Shown here: positions 40,698-50,799 of the stretch, piece by piece
Layout: each line of letters begins with the position of its first letter
Position numbering within the stretch: the first letter of the stretch is position 1
From: an uncultured Planctomycetota bacterium
Lineage (GTDB): Bacteria; Planctomycetota; Planctomycetia; Isosphaerales; Isosphaeraceae
Assembly (NCBI GenBank): GCA_963737655.1
Contig: CAVTTN010000002.1
Location: 3,296,001-3,360,000 of the forward strand
Reading direction: 5' to 3'
Length of the DNA: 64,000 bases
Program-made: the position numbers and the translations under genes
The notes under the pieces: model-generated
What the model was told of the DNA's origin: nothing
The model's input: the letters and a program-made list of their open reading frames with translations, nothing else
Databases searched by the model: none

Positions 40698-41645
40698 ATG
40701 GGCATCTACGACCGAGAGTATTATCGCGACGAGACCCGGGGCTCGGGTTTCTTCTCCGGGGCCGCCCCGGCATGCAAGGCGATCATCGCCGTCAACATCC
40801 TGGTCTATCTCGCCGACCTCTCCTGGGGCGACCAGTCGGACCTCTTCGACGCCCTCCGCGCCCATAGCGACCAGATTTTCCGGCAGTTTCGCGTCTGGCA
40901 ACTGCTGACGGCCGCCTTCGTCCACAACACGTCCAACGTCGGCCACATCCTCTGGAACATGCTGTTCCTCTGGTGGCTCGGCCGCGACATGGAAGCGCTC
41001 TACGGCAGCCGAGAGTTCCTCCGGATGTACCTGACGGCCGCCGTCTTCAGCACGGCGTGCTGGGCCGTCCTCGACCGGATCATCCCCGGAGGCCGCCTGG
41101 GCGGCATGGAAGGGGCTTCCGGGGCCGTGATGGCCGTGGTCGTCCTGAACGTTTTGTATCACCCTCGCCGCGAAGTCCTCCTGTTCTTCGTCCTGCCGGT
41201 CGAGGCCTGGCTGCTCGTCCTGGTCTATCTCGGCAACGACGCGCTGAACCTCCTCCAGCAGTTGCAGCGCGGGGGGACCGGCAGCGCCGCGGGCGTGGCG
41301 TTCGCCGCCCATCTCGGGGGCGGCCTTTATGGCTACCTCTACAAGACTTACGACCTGAGATGGTCGCGACTCCTGAGCCGTCGAGGGGTCAAGCCCCGAT
41401 TGCGGATCGTCTCCCCCGAGCCGAGGGACCGGGTCTCCTCGGGCCTCTCGACGCCCCCTGCCCGCTCGGCCTCGGCGGGCGCCTCGCGGACCGTCCCGCC
41501 CTCGTCGTTCCCCGAGGAGCAGCTGGACGCCCGGCTCGACGAGGTCCTGTCGAAGATCGCGAGGGAGGGAAAGAGCGGACTGACCGAGGAGGACAATCGC
41601 ATCCTCCAGGAAGCCAGCCGACGCGCCCGGGATCGCCGAAGGTGA
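40698..41645 (+). CDS. Rhomboid family intramembrane serine protease
   Basis: WQLLTAAFVH, HILWNM, GASG, AHLGG; C-terminal LDEVLSKI...SGLT helical tail. Confidence 0.93.
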   Translation: MGIYDREYYRDETRGSGFFSGAAPACKAIIAVNILVYLADLSWGDQSDLFDALRAHSDQIFRQFRVWQLLTAAFVHNTSNVGHILWNMLFLWWLGRDMEALYGSREFLRMYLTAAVFSTACWAVLDRIIPGGRLGGMEGASGAVMAVVVLNVLYHPRREVLLFFVLPVEAWLLVLVYLGNDALNLLQQLQRGGTGSAAGVAFAAHLGGGLYGYLYKTYDLRWSRLLSRRGVKPRLRIVSPEPRDRVSSGLSTPPARSASAGASRTVPPSSFPEEQLDARLDEVLSKIAREGKSGLTEEDNRILQEASRRARDRRR

Positions 41646-42132
41646 GCGAACCGCCGGGGGGCCCCACCGCCTGGATCGTCCGCGACGCCCGATCGGCCGA
41701 CCGAGACGCGATCCACCGCTTCAGCCTCCGTCTCGCCCTGGAGACCGAAGCCAAGACGCTCGATCCCCGGTTGCTGGCCCGGGGGATCGACGCCGCCCTG
41801 GCCGATCCGGACCGCCTCCGCTTCTGGGTCGCCGAGACCTTCGACGGCCGGGTGATCGGCCAGACGGCCGTGACCCGGGAATGGTCCGACTGGCGGAACG
41901 GCTTCGTCTGGTGGCTTCAAAGCGTCTTCGTGGACGAAGAATGGCGGGGCCAGGGCGTCTTCCGGGCATCTACCGGCACGTCCGCGAGGCCGCCAAGGCT
42001 GGGCCCGACGTCATCGGCCTCCGCCTCTATGTCGAGGACGAGAACCGCCGGGCCCAGCAGACCTATCAAGCCCTGGGGATGCGTCCCGGCGGCTATCACG
42101 TCTACGAGGACCTCTGGCTGTCGGCCCCGTGA
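41642..42132 (+). CDS. GNAT acetyltransferase, frameshift near 41967
   Basis: ALETE, TREWSDWRNG..WLQSVFV..RGQGVFR, then shifted frame GLRLYVEDENRRAQQTYQALGM. Confidence 0.87.
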
Positions 42133-42158
42133 CCCGGACCGTCGGCGATAACCCGCGG

Positions 42159-43442
42159 TCAGGGCGAACCTGACTGGGAATTCGCGACATCGAGGCAGGC
42201 GGCGAGGATGGTGACGTCGTCGGTCGTCGCGAGGCCGCGGCGGAACTGGCGGAGGCCGTTGCGAAGGTCGTCCACGATCGCCTCGGGCCCCTCTCCGGCC
42301 ATCCAGGCGAGGCGGCCGGCGACTGAATCGATCCCGAGGAGGCGGCCGTCCGGGCCTTCGCACTCGGTCAGGCCGTCGGTAAAAATCAGAAGGCTAGCCT
42401 TCGGGGGCAAGAGGCACTCGCCCCCCTGAAACTGCCACCCCAAAGCCGTTCCGAGCGGAAGGCCGCCGGCCGAGAGGCTCGTCACGCCCTCCGGACCGGC
42501 CAAAAGGATCGGCGGATGACCGGCCAGGGCGTAGCGGAGCGTCCCGGCCCGGGGATCGACCACGCAGGCCGCCGCCGTCACGAAACGGTCGTCGAAGAGG
42601 TCTTCCAGGGAACGATCCAGCCGCCCCAGGAGCCGGGGCAGGTCGTCGGCCTCGGCCAGATAGGCGGCGAGAGTGGCCTTGACCGTCGAGGCCACCAGGG
42701 CCGCCTGAACCCCGTGGCCCATCGCGTCGGCCACGAACAGGAACGTCCGGCCTCCGGACAGGGGGATCACGTCCAGCAGGTCGCCGCCGACTTCCGTGGC
42801 CGGTTCGTAGGACCAGGCGACGCGGAGCCCGGAAAGTGCCATCTCCCGGGGAGGCAAAATCGACCGTTGGACCTGCCCGGCCGTCTTCAGCTCCTCGGCC
42901 TTCCGCTGGAGCTCCTCTCGGAGCCGTCGGGCCGTGCGTTTCAGCTCGTCCTGGGCGCGTTTCAGGGCGGCCTGGGTCGCGAGCCGAGCCTGGAGGATCG
43001 GCATGTCGATGGGCTTGGTGACGTAGTCATTCGCACCCAGGGCCAGGCCCTCGACGATGTCCGACGAATCCCCCCGGCCCGAGACCAGGATCACGGGCAG
43101 GTCGGCCGTCCGGGCTTCGGCCCGGAGCGCCCGGAGCACGTCCAGGCCGGAGAACCCGGGCATCAGGACGTCCATCAGCACGATGTCCGGCATCCTCTCG
43201 GCGATCGCCGAGAGAGCCTGGCGGCCGCCTTCGGCCCCTTCGACCTCATAGCCGAGGCCGCTGAGGCACCGCTCCAGGAGCTCCACATTGACAGGATAAT
43301 CGTCCACCACGAGGACCCGGGCCACGGAACCTCCGGGCTCGGGGGGGATCGCCCACGAGGGCCACGGCGAATCCGCGCCTCCGCCGTCGTTCCCGAAAGG
43401 GGACGAATCGCCGAGACCGGGCGAATTGAGGCGGAGCGGCAT
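42159..43442 (-). CDS. Response regulator receiver fused to PP2C/SpoIIE phosphatase (RsbU-like)
   Basis: VLVVDD, MDVLMP, DYVTKP; VQRSILP, VGGD, VADAMGHG, AGHPP, FTDGLTE, DDVT. Start uncertain. Confidence 0.92.
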   Translation of the reverse strand: MPLRLNSPGLGDSSPFGNDGGGADSPWPSWAIPPEPGGSVARVLVVDDYPVNVELLERCLSGLGYEVEGAEGGRQALSAIAERMPDIVLMDVLMPGFSGLDVLRALRAEARTADLPVILVSGRGDSSDIVEGLALGANDYVTKPIDMPILQARLATQAALKRAQDELKRTARRLREELQRKAEELKTAGQVQRSILPPREMALSGLRVAWSYEPATEVGGDLLDVIPLSGGRTFLFVADAMGHGVQAALVASTVKATLAAYLAEADDLPRLLGRLDRSLEDLFDDRFVTAAACVVDPRAGTLRYALAGHPPILLAGPEGVTSLSAGGLPLGTALGWQFQGGECLLPPKASLLIFTDGLTECEGPDGRLLGIDSVAGRLAWMAGEGPEAIVDDLRNGLRQFRRGLATTDDVTILAACLDVANSQSGSP

Positions 43443-43658
43443 CGGTGGTCTCTCGTCACGAGGAGCAGCGTGGCCCGTCCTGGCTCGAAACGCGGGAACG
43501 TCTCGAGCCCGGGGGGCGGGGCCCTCATCCGGGGCGGAGGTTGGCGAGGCGGGCCTGGACGGGGTCGGTTTCGACCCGACGAATGATCTAAGCAATTCCT
43601 GGTCCAAGACGATTCGGGGCGCCTCCCAGGAAGGAAACCCCGGGCCGGGGAAAACGGA

Positions 43659-44084
43659 TCACCCCGGAGCGGAAAGAATCGCGTCGGCCTCGATCTCCAC
43701 GAGCGCCGCGTCGTCGATCAGTCGGGCGATCTGGACGAGGGTCGTCGCCGGTCGGACCTCGCCGAACACCTCGCCGTGGGCCTGGCCGACCTCCTTCCAT
43801 CGCGAGATGTCCGTCACGAACATCCGCGTCCGCACCACGTCCTCGGCCGACCCGCCCAGCGCCTCGATCGCCGCGACGACGATCGCCAGGGCCCGGCGGG
43901 ATTGGTCCAGGAGACTCGGGGCGAACGAGCCGTCGGCCTCCAGGCCCACGCAGCCGGTCACCGCGATGGTGTCGCCGACGCGGACCGCCCTCGAATAGCC
44001 GACGATCGGCTCCCACGGCGAGCCGGTGGAGGCCCGGGACCGGCCGTTCCGTTCCGAGACCGTCACGTGAACATCCGCGGCCAT
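43659..44084 (-). CDS. RidA family protein
   Basis: PWEPIVGYSRAVRVG, DVVRTRMFVTD, RPATT, LVEIEA. Confidence 0.9.
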   Translation of the reverse strand: MAADVHVTVSERNGRSRASTGSPWEPIVGYSRAVRVGDTIAVTGCVGLEADGSFAPSLLDQSRRALAIVVAAIEALGGSAEDVVRTRMFVTDISRWKEVGQAHGEVFGEVRPATTLVQIARLIDDAALVEIEADAILSAPG

Positions 44085-44232
44085 GAATCCCTCGGTCGAG
44101 TGGTTGTGGGGAAGGGAGCTCGGGTCGGACGGACCGCGTGCGGCGATTGCCCCGGGTCCGTCCTCCTCTGTAGGATGGAACCCGTCGGCCCGAGGGGCCT
44201 CTCCATCCTAACCCGCGAATCGGGGGCATGCC

Positions 44233-44565
44233 GTGGCCGAGTACCAGACCCAGATTGAAGACGTGAAGACCGGCGCCGGTCCTGCCGCCAAGGCCGGGGA
44301 TTCGGTGTCGGTCCACTACGTCGGCACTTTGACCGACGGCTCGAAGTTCGACAGCTCGCGAGACCGGGGCCGTCCGTTCTCGTTCGGGCTGGGCCAGGGG
44401 CAAGTCATCGCCGGCTGGGACAACGGCGTGGCCGGCATGCAGGTCGGCGGGGTCCGCAAGCTCACCATCCCGCCCGAGGAAGGCTACGGAGCCCGCGGAG
44501 CGGGCGGCGTGATCCCGCCCAACGCCACCCTCATCTTCGAGGTCGAATTGCTGGGGATCGGATGA
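44233..44565 (+). CDS. FKBP-type peptidyl-prolyl isomerase
   Basis: [38 protein letters not shown]. Confidence 0.96.
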   Translation: MAEYQTQIEDVKTGAGPAAKAGDSVSVHYVGTLTDGSKFDSSRDRGRPFSFGLGQGQVIAGWDNGVAGMQVGGVRKLTIPPEEGYGARGAGGVIPPNATLIFEVELLGIG

Positions 44566-44972
44566 CCGAAGCGGACCTGGCGAGCCTGGCAAGGCCGCTC
44601 CACGCCCGGGCCGCCGGCCTCTGGCGGGTCGAGGCCGATCAACTCGTCCGGGAGGCGTTCTGGGCGACTGCCGAGATGCCCGCCGACGTCGCCCGCGCGT
44701 TCGAATCGGCCACTCGGTCCGTCCCCCGGGCCGCCGGGGAACTGGCGATCGTCCGGGCATCGACACTGGGTGAGCCGGTCGAATCGATCGCGGAGGAATT
44801 GCCGGAGGACGCCGGCTCCGGCTACTGGCTCCGGCGGTTTGGCGCGAGGCGGTCGGTCGCGGTGCCAGTCTCGGGATTCGTCCTCTCCGTGGCCCTTCCG
44901 GACTTGGACCCTCCGGCGCAAGAGGTCGTCGATCGGCTCCAGGAGGCGTTCTCGAAGGGGTCCAGGTCGTGA
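44562..44972 (+). CDS. Hypothetical protein, possibly a stand-alone GAF-like domain
   Basis: ATGA-coupled to [20 protein letters not shown] resembles a GAF C-terminal pattern. Confidence 0.5.
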   Translation: MTEADLASLARPLHARAAGLWRVEADQLVREAFWATAEMPADVARAFESATRSVPRAAGELAIVRASTLGEPVESIAEELPEDAGSGYWLRRFGARRSVAVPVSGFVLSVALPDLDPPAQEVVDRLQEAFSKGSRS

Positions 44973-45103
44973 GGGCCCCGGTCCCGCCGATCCGCTCGGA
45001 GGAACCGGCCGGTTTCGTCGATGTCGGACTGGCATTGCGTTCGCTCCCGCCGCACAATGGGAGAGTGGGTGCTCGCTCCGGGGAGAGGCGGTGACGCTCG
45101 ACG

Positions 45104-48100
45104 ATGGTAGCCGACTTCTACACGATCCTCGGCGTCGATCCCTCGGCGGACCGCGCGACCATCGAGGCGGCCCTGGCCCGGAGCCAGCCGGTCTGGTCCT
45201 CGGGCACACGCAACCCGAAAAACAAGCATACGTTCCAATCGTATCTCGACCAGATCCCCGAGATCCGCAAGAAGCTCCTCGGCGACCCGACCGAACGGGC
45301 CTCGTACGACGCCGAACTCGCCTCCGGCCGCCGGGCCGAGCGAGACCGGAAGCTCGATGAGCTCCACCGACTGGTCCGACTCCGCGCCGCCAAGGGCGGC
45401 CTGACCGTCTCCGACCGAAGCCTGTTGCGGGGCGAGGCCGACCGCCTGGGACTGGCAAAGGACGACCTCGACCGTCTCGCCGAACCCTATCCGCCGATGC
45501 CCGAGCCGCCCTCGGACGACGAGGCGCCGAGCCGAGCCGGACGTGATCGACGCGGCCCAGAGGAAGCAGATCCGGGTGGCCCTGGACCACCTCCGCCGCC
45601 GCGACCTGTACGACGTCCTGGGCCTGGGCCGGGACGCCCCCTCCTCCGAGATCGTCCGGATGGCCGATGCCGAGCGGCAGGTCTGGATGAGGAAGTCGCA
45701 GGTCACGGCCGAAAAGACCGCGTGGCTGGAGGCGATCTCCTACGCCCAGTCCCACCTCTCGGCCCCCGCGAGCCGGGCCCGCTACGATCGGACCCTTGCG
45801 TTGGAGTCCGAGGAGAGGTTCGCCTCGGCCATCGAGTTCTCGATCCAGGGGACGACCAGCCTCGCGCCCGGGACTCGCGCCTACCTCCGAGACGAGGCCG
45901 CGGCGCTCGGGATCTTGCCCGACCGGGCCGATCGGCTGATCGACCGCTCCTGTCGGAGTCGCGGGATCGCTCGGACCGGGCCGTCTCCGAACGGATCGGC
46001 GTCGGTCGTCCCCGGGCGGCAGCTTCGGTGCCGGTCCTGCGGCGGCCTCACGGCATTCGAGGAGGCGTCGAGGACGGCCGCCTCGTCGCTCTGCCGCCAT
46101 TGCGGAGCGTCTCTCCGGTGGAATTGCCCGGTCTGCCAGAGGGCCCGGTGGGCCGACGAATCGCGGTGCGCCTGCGGGTTCCCCCAGGAATGGGCCGAGC
46201 CCCTGGTCCGTCATTTCGAGGCCGCGCAGCACGCCCACAAGGTCCGCGACTTCGCCGGGGCGCTGGAGCACCTGCGACGGGTCCAGGAGTTCGCGCCGAA
46301 GCACGTCGGCGCGAGGAAGGCGATCGAGAAGGTCAAGGAACGCCTGGCGGAGATCGACGCCGCCCGATCGGCGTTCGAGACGGAGAAGGCCCGCAAGCAC
46401 CTCGTCGCGGCCCGGGCCGCCCTGGGGGCGTGGGGACGTTTGGTCGATCCGACCGAGCCCGACCTGAAGGCGGCCCAGGCCCAGGTGGTTTCCGGCCTCC
46501 GGGAAGCCCTGTTCCTCGCGGCGAAGGCCAAGGCGCTGGCCTCGGCCGACCCCAAGGCCGCCGTGACGATCTATCGCCAGAGCCTGGCCATCGCGGCCGA
46601 CCTGGCCGAGGCCCGCGAAGGCCTCCGGCTCTGCCCGCCCGAGGCCCCGGCGAACCTCAAGGCGGAGGTCGCCGAGGACCGCGTTCGCCTCCGATGGTCG
46701 GCCCCGCCCGACGACGGCCTCGGGCCTCCGCTTTATCGGGTCGTCCGCAACCGAGGGAACGTCCCCAATGGGCCGACCGATGGCGCCGTCCTGGGCGAGG
46801 TGGCCGCCCCGGAGTTCGAGGACGCGACCGTCACTCCGGGGGATGCCGTCGGCTATGCCGTGTTCGCGACCCAAGGGGGCGTCGCCTCGCTCCGGGGGGC
46901 CGCGTTCGGCCCGATGACCGTCCTGGCCGACGTCCGAGAGGCCCGCGCCGAGGCCCAGAGCGGCGAGGTCGTGCTTTCCTGGATCGTGCCCACCGGCGCG
47001 CTCGACGTGAAGGTAATCCGCAAGGTCGGGTCGCCCCCGACCGGCCCGGACGACGGCGACCCGGTGCCGTCGCTCCGAACCGGGGCCGTGGATCGCGGGC
47101 TCAAGGACGATCAGGTCTATCATTATGGGATTTACGCACGATACCGGACCTCCGAAGGTCGGATCGCGGCGTCTCGCGGGGCGCTCGTCTCGGCTCTGCC
47201 CACCACCCCGGTCGCGACCATCCTGGAGCCGAGCCTCGGCCGCGAGGCGGACGGCCGCGTTCGGATCTCCTGGAGCCGGCCGGAAAAGGGCCAGGTGAAA
47301 ATCCTTCGGACCCCCAGGCCGCTGCCCCTGGTGCCCGGGGATCGGATCCTCTCGGGCAAGCTCGACGCCTCCGAGGGCCTCTGGCTCCCCCGATCGGCGC
47401 CGGATCACGCCTTCGACGCCCATCCGCCCGAGATGGGCGTCTGCCACTACTCGGCCTTCATCGCCTGGGCCGGCGGCCTGACGGTGGGGCGCTCGGTCGC
47501 GTTCTCGAACGTGCCCGATCCGAGCGACCTCCGCGCGGTCCGCTCGGCGAAGGATGGCCGGGTCAAGCTCCGGTGGCGGTGGAGCCCTCAGGGAGGCCGA
47601 TCGCTCCTCGTGGCGAAGGCGGGAAGCTTCCCCACCGGCCCCGACGACCCCCTGGCCCGCAAGGAATTCGTCGAGGAGGGGGATTACAGCCGGGACGGCT
47701 GGCACGCCCTGACCCTCCCGGCCTCCGACTCCGGCCCCTGGCACATCGCGGTCTTCAGCGTGGCCGAAGTCGCGGGCCAATCGGTCGTCTCGCCCGGGAT
47801 CGACGCGACATCCCGGACCGTCGTGCCCGGACCCAACGCCGAGGTGGTCGTCTCCTACCGCCTGATCCCGCCGAAATTGCTCGGCCGAGACTGGGCGATC
47901 GCCTTCCAGACCCGCCCCGCCGGCGCGGTGATCCCGGCGACGGTCCTGGTCACGCATGCCCGGACCGTCCCGCTCTCGGCCGACGATGGCGAGGTCGTCG
48001 CGAGGTTTCCCACCAGCCGGGACGGCGCCCGTTTTTCGATCCGTCCCACGTCCCCGGCCCTCCACCGAGGGCGGGCCCGGATCTTCGCCGACCCGATGGC

Positions 48101-48164
48101 GGACCCGGGGAGCCTGTCCGCCCTCCGAATCCGCCATCCGGAAGCCGACGGGACGCGCGTCTAG
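45104..48164 (+). CDS. Large multidomain protein: two J-like domains, Zn ribbons, TPR-like helices, FN3-like repeats; frameshift near 45535
   Basis: DFYTILGV...RASYD and DLYDVLGL...RARYD; CRSC/CRHC/CPVC/CAC; P.AP.NL..VRLRW, V.LSW, VRISW, VKLRWRW beta-sandwich repeats. Confidence 0.78.
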
Positions 48165-48195
48165 GAACCATTCCCCCGGCGCGTCCCAGGGATCG

Positions 48196-48693
48196 CTACC
48201 CGGCCCGTCGGTGCGAGGGCCGTCGCCGTCTCGGGGCGATCGGCTCGGCGAACCGGGCGCGGATGGGGTGCTCGATCGCCTCGAAGTCGCGATAGCGAAG
48301 CCGCAGGCCCTCGTGGCGGGTATTCCCCTCGATCAGGATCTCGCTGCCGCCGGAGAGGCTCGCGTCCACGAACGTGCGGAGGCCGTAAAGCGTCCCGAAC
48401 GGCGGGACGGCCCCGAGCTCGCAATCCCCGAAGACGCTCTCCAGCTCGGCCTCGGTGGCGATGGCCACGTCGGTGGTGCCGAGCACGGCGGCGAGCTTCG
48501 CCGGGTCGATCCGGTGGGTCGCGGGGAGGACCGTCAGGGCGAAACCCGGACCGATCCTCACCAAAACCGCCTTCGCCACCCGGCCCCCCGCCACATGGAC
48601 GCTCTGGGCCCGCCTCGCCGCCGAGGGCGACGGGCTATGCAGCAGCGTTTCGAACGGCACATGGCAGCTGCGGAGGAACTCGCGGATCATCAT
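48196..48693 (-). CDS. YbaK/ProX-family aminoacyl-tRNA deacylase
   Basis: VAKAVLV, VLPA, ATEAEL..FGDCELGAVPPFG. Confidence 0.9.
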   Translation of the reverse strand: MMIREFLRSCHVPFETLLHSPSPSAARRAQSVHVAGGRVAKAVLVRIGPGFALTVLPATHRIDPAKLAAVLGTTDVAIATEAELESVFGDCELGAVPPFGTLYGLRTFVDASLSGGSEILIEGNTRHEGLRLRYRDFEAIEHPIRARFAEPIAPRRRRPSHRRAG

Positions 48694-48799
48694 CGCTGGA
48701 CCTCACTCGATGCGGAACCGGGGTGGTACTTCCATTATAATCCAATTGGGAAGTCTGGGAAGATTGGGTAAGAAAATTCGATGCCGAGCCGGTCCGATT

Positions 48800-48828
48800 T
48801 TGAGGAACTTGACCCTTCCGTATATAGT
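48800..48828 (+). promoter_or_regulatory. sigma70-type promoter of rnpB
   Basis: TTGAGG, 17 nt, TATAGT, ending 7 nt before the RNase P P1 helix. Confidence 0.65.
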
Positions 48829-48834
48829 ATGAGC

Positions 48835-49277
48835 GGTCGCGGCGGTCGGGACGGCCGCCTCGGGTTTTTTCGTTGCCGAAAGGGAACGACTCGGCCCGGG
48901 GAGGAAAGTCCGGACTTCGCAGGGCGGGGTGGTGGGTAACGCCCACCGTCCGGTTTCGACCGGGTAGGGACAGTGCCACAGAAAACAGACCGCCTCTCGG
49001 GTCGTTCGACGGCCCGGGGGGTAAGGGTGAAACGGTGAGGTAAGAGCTCACCAGCGGGGGGGGCGACCCCTTCGGCTCGGTAAACCCCACCCGGAGCAAG
49101 GCCAAATAGGGGAGGAGCGTCGTCGTCCTCCGGGGCGCGACGCGCGGGTCGGCCCGGCCCGCCACTACTCCCGGGTAGGCCGCACGAGGCGGCGAGCAAT
49201 CGCCGTCCCAGAGAAATGGCCGTCCGGGGATCGTTCGCGATCCTCGACAGAATCCGGCTTATACGGCCGTCGCGACC
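48835..49277 (+). ncRNA. rnpB: RNase P RNA, bacterial type A
   Basis: GAGGAAAGTCCGG, AGTGCCACAGAAA, GGGTGAAACGG, GGTAAACCCC, GAGCAAG, ACAGAATCCGGCTTA; P1 GGTCGCGGCGGTCG / CGGCCGTCGCGACC. Confidence 0.97.
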
Positions 49278-49485
49278 TCCAAACTTCCCGATCTCGCCAC
49301 GATCGGCAATCCTACGCCTTAAACACGAACCCCGAGGACGGAACCCGTGCCCCCCGAGCCGTTTCCGAGGTATCCATCTTCCGGAACCAGAGGGGGCCGG
49401 TTCGGGCATCGACCTTCAAGTTGACCGTCTCGGGGATTTCGACTAAAGTTCGCGCGATCCGACGGCCAGAGCCCGTCGGAGGGTC

Positions 49486-49923
49486 ATGGGACAGGGAGGC
49501 CCCGTGGCGATCAGATCGCGATTGGCGGCGGTGCTGCTCCTCGTGGCCGGAGGCCCGGGGTGCTCGCTGGCGCCGAAGAACTTCAAGGCGATCGCCAACC
49601 CGGCCCCCCTGGTCCGGGCCCGGGCCATCCCCCTGGGCCGGGGGCTGCCCTCGGCGGTGGTCGTGCCGTCGCTGATTAACCGGCTGGAAGACCGGGATCA
49701 GGTCGTCCGGCTCGCCGCGATCGAGGAGCTTCGCCGACGGACCGGCCAGGACCTGGGATTCGTCCCCTATGCCGATCCGGCCGACCGGGCCGCAGCCGTG
49801 GCCCGATGGCGCGAGTGGTGGAAGGGACAGCCGCCGACCCTCATGACTCGTCGCAAGCGGAAGCGGCTTTCGCCGAGCCCGCAGTCGATCCAGGCCCTGG
49901 ATGGCCCGGAGGCCGCCCGATGA
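49486..49923 (+). CDS. HEAT-repeat putative lipoprotein
   Basis: Hydrophobic N-terminus ending PGC; LINRLEDRDQVVRLAAIEEL; WREWW. Confidence 0.75.
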   Translation: MGQGGPVAIRSRLAAVLLLVAGGPGCSLAPKNFKAIANPAPLVRARAIPLGRGLPSAVVVPSLINRLEDRDQVVRLAAIEELRRRTGQDLGFVPYADPADRAAAVARWREWWKGQPPTLMTRRKRKRLSPSPQSIQALDGPEAAR

Positions 49924-50783
49924 GCCTTGCCGCGCCGACCGAAACGCCGGTCCGGTTCCCGATCCCGGGACTCGGCCTGCTCGCGGACCTGGGAGGGATC
50001 GCCGGCCTCGCCTTGAAGGCCGCCGGTTCGATCTTCCGACGCGGGGGCGGCCCTCCTCTGCTTGGCGCCGTCGCGGGCCACGCCTCGTGGATGATCGGGA
50101 TGGGCCTGCCCCTGGTGGCCCTGGTCCACCTCTCGATGGGCTCCTTCCTGGCGATGCAGGCATTCTTCGGGGCGACGTTCACCGAGGCCGCCGGGCCGGT
50201 CGTCGGGCTCGGCCTGCTGAGGAATCTCGCGCCCCTGGTCACCGGCTTCGTCCTGGCGGGCCTGATCGCCGCCAAGGTGACGACCGACCTGGCCGGGGGG
50301 CCTCGTCCGGGGCTCGACGATCCCCGGACGGTCCCCGACCGCGACGTGAGCCTCGGGCTCCGGCCCGACGACCGCCCGTTCGCCGGCGCCGGCCGGCTTG
50401 CCCTCTCCCGCATCCTCGCCGCGGCGCTCGCCGGGCCGACCCTGACGATGGTGGGGGCCGTCTCCGGCACGCTGATGGGGCTGGTCGTCAGCCGGTCGAT
50501 GGTCGGGCTCTCGCCGTCGATCTTCGTCGGCAAGTTCGTCGAGATGCTGCTGACGGCCGACGTCGTGGGCGTGGTCGTCAAGGGGGCGGGATTCGCGGGG
50601 ATGGCGGCCCTCCTGGCCAGCTTCGAGGGGCTTCGGGCCCCGAGGCAAGGGGTGCCGAACCCGCATCGTGCCGCGGTCCGGGCGATCGTGGCGATCCTGT
50701 TCCTGAACTTCACCTGGTTCAACCTGGTCTACCTCGCCGGCGACCCGTTCGGTCCGATCGTGACCGCGAGCCCGGCCGGATGA
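49920..50783 (+). CDS. MlaE-family ABC permease
   Basis: LLRNLAPLVTGFVLAG, multiple TM segments; directly upstream of an MCE gene. Confidence 0.8.
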   Translation: MSLAAPTETPVRFPIPGLGLLADLGGIAGLALKAAGSIFRRGGGPPLLGAVAGHASWMIGMGLPLVALVHLSMGSFLAMQAFFGATFTEAAGPVVGLGLLRNLAPLVTGFVLAGLIAAKVTTDLAGGPRPGLDDPRTVPDRDVSLGLRPDDRPFAGAGRLALSRILAAALAGPTLTMVGAVSGTLMGLVVSRSMVGLSPSIFVGKFVEMLLTADVVGVVVKGAGFAGMAALLASFEGLRAPRQGVPNPHRAAVRAIVAILFLNFTWFNLVYLAGDPFGPIVTASPAG

Positions 50784-50799
50784 GGGAGGGAGAGCCATC

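Noticed and set aside
45543..48295. C-terminal roughly 900 aa of the 1063-aa ORF 45104-48295
   Set aside because: Arg/Pro/Gly-rich off-frame read-through after the frameshift; the real protein continues in ORF 45543-48164.
48746..49291. Imperfect inverted repeat flanking rnpB (TTGGGAAGTCTGG / CCAAACTTCCCGA)
   Set aside because: Only 11/13, and the left arm is upstream of the predicted promoter, so it cannot pair in the transcript; likely chance.
48735..49409. ORFs overlapping 48.6-49.4 kb
   Set aside because: The region is the RNase P RNA gene; the ORFs are spurious.
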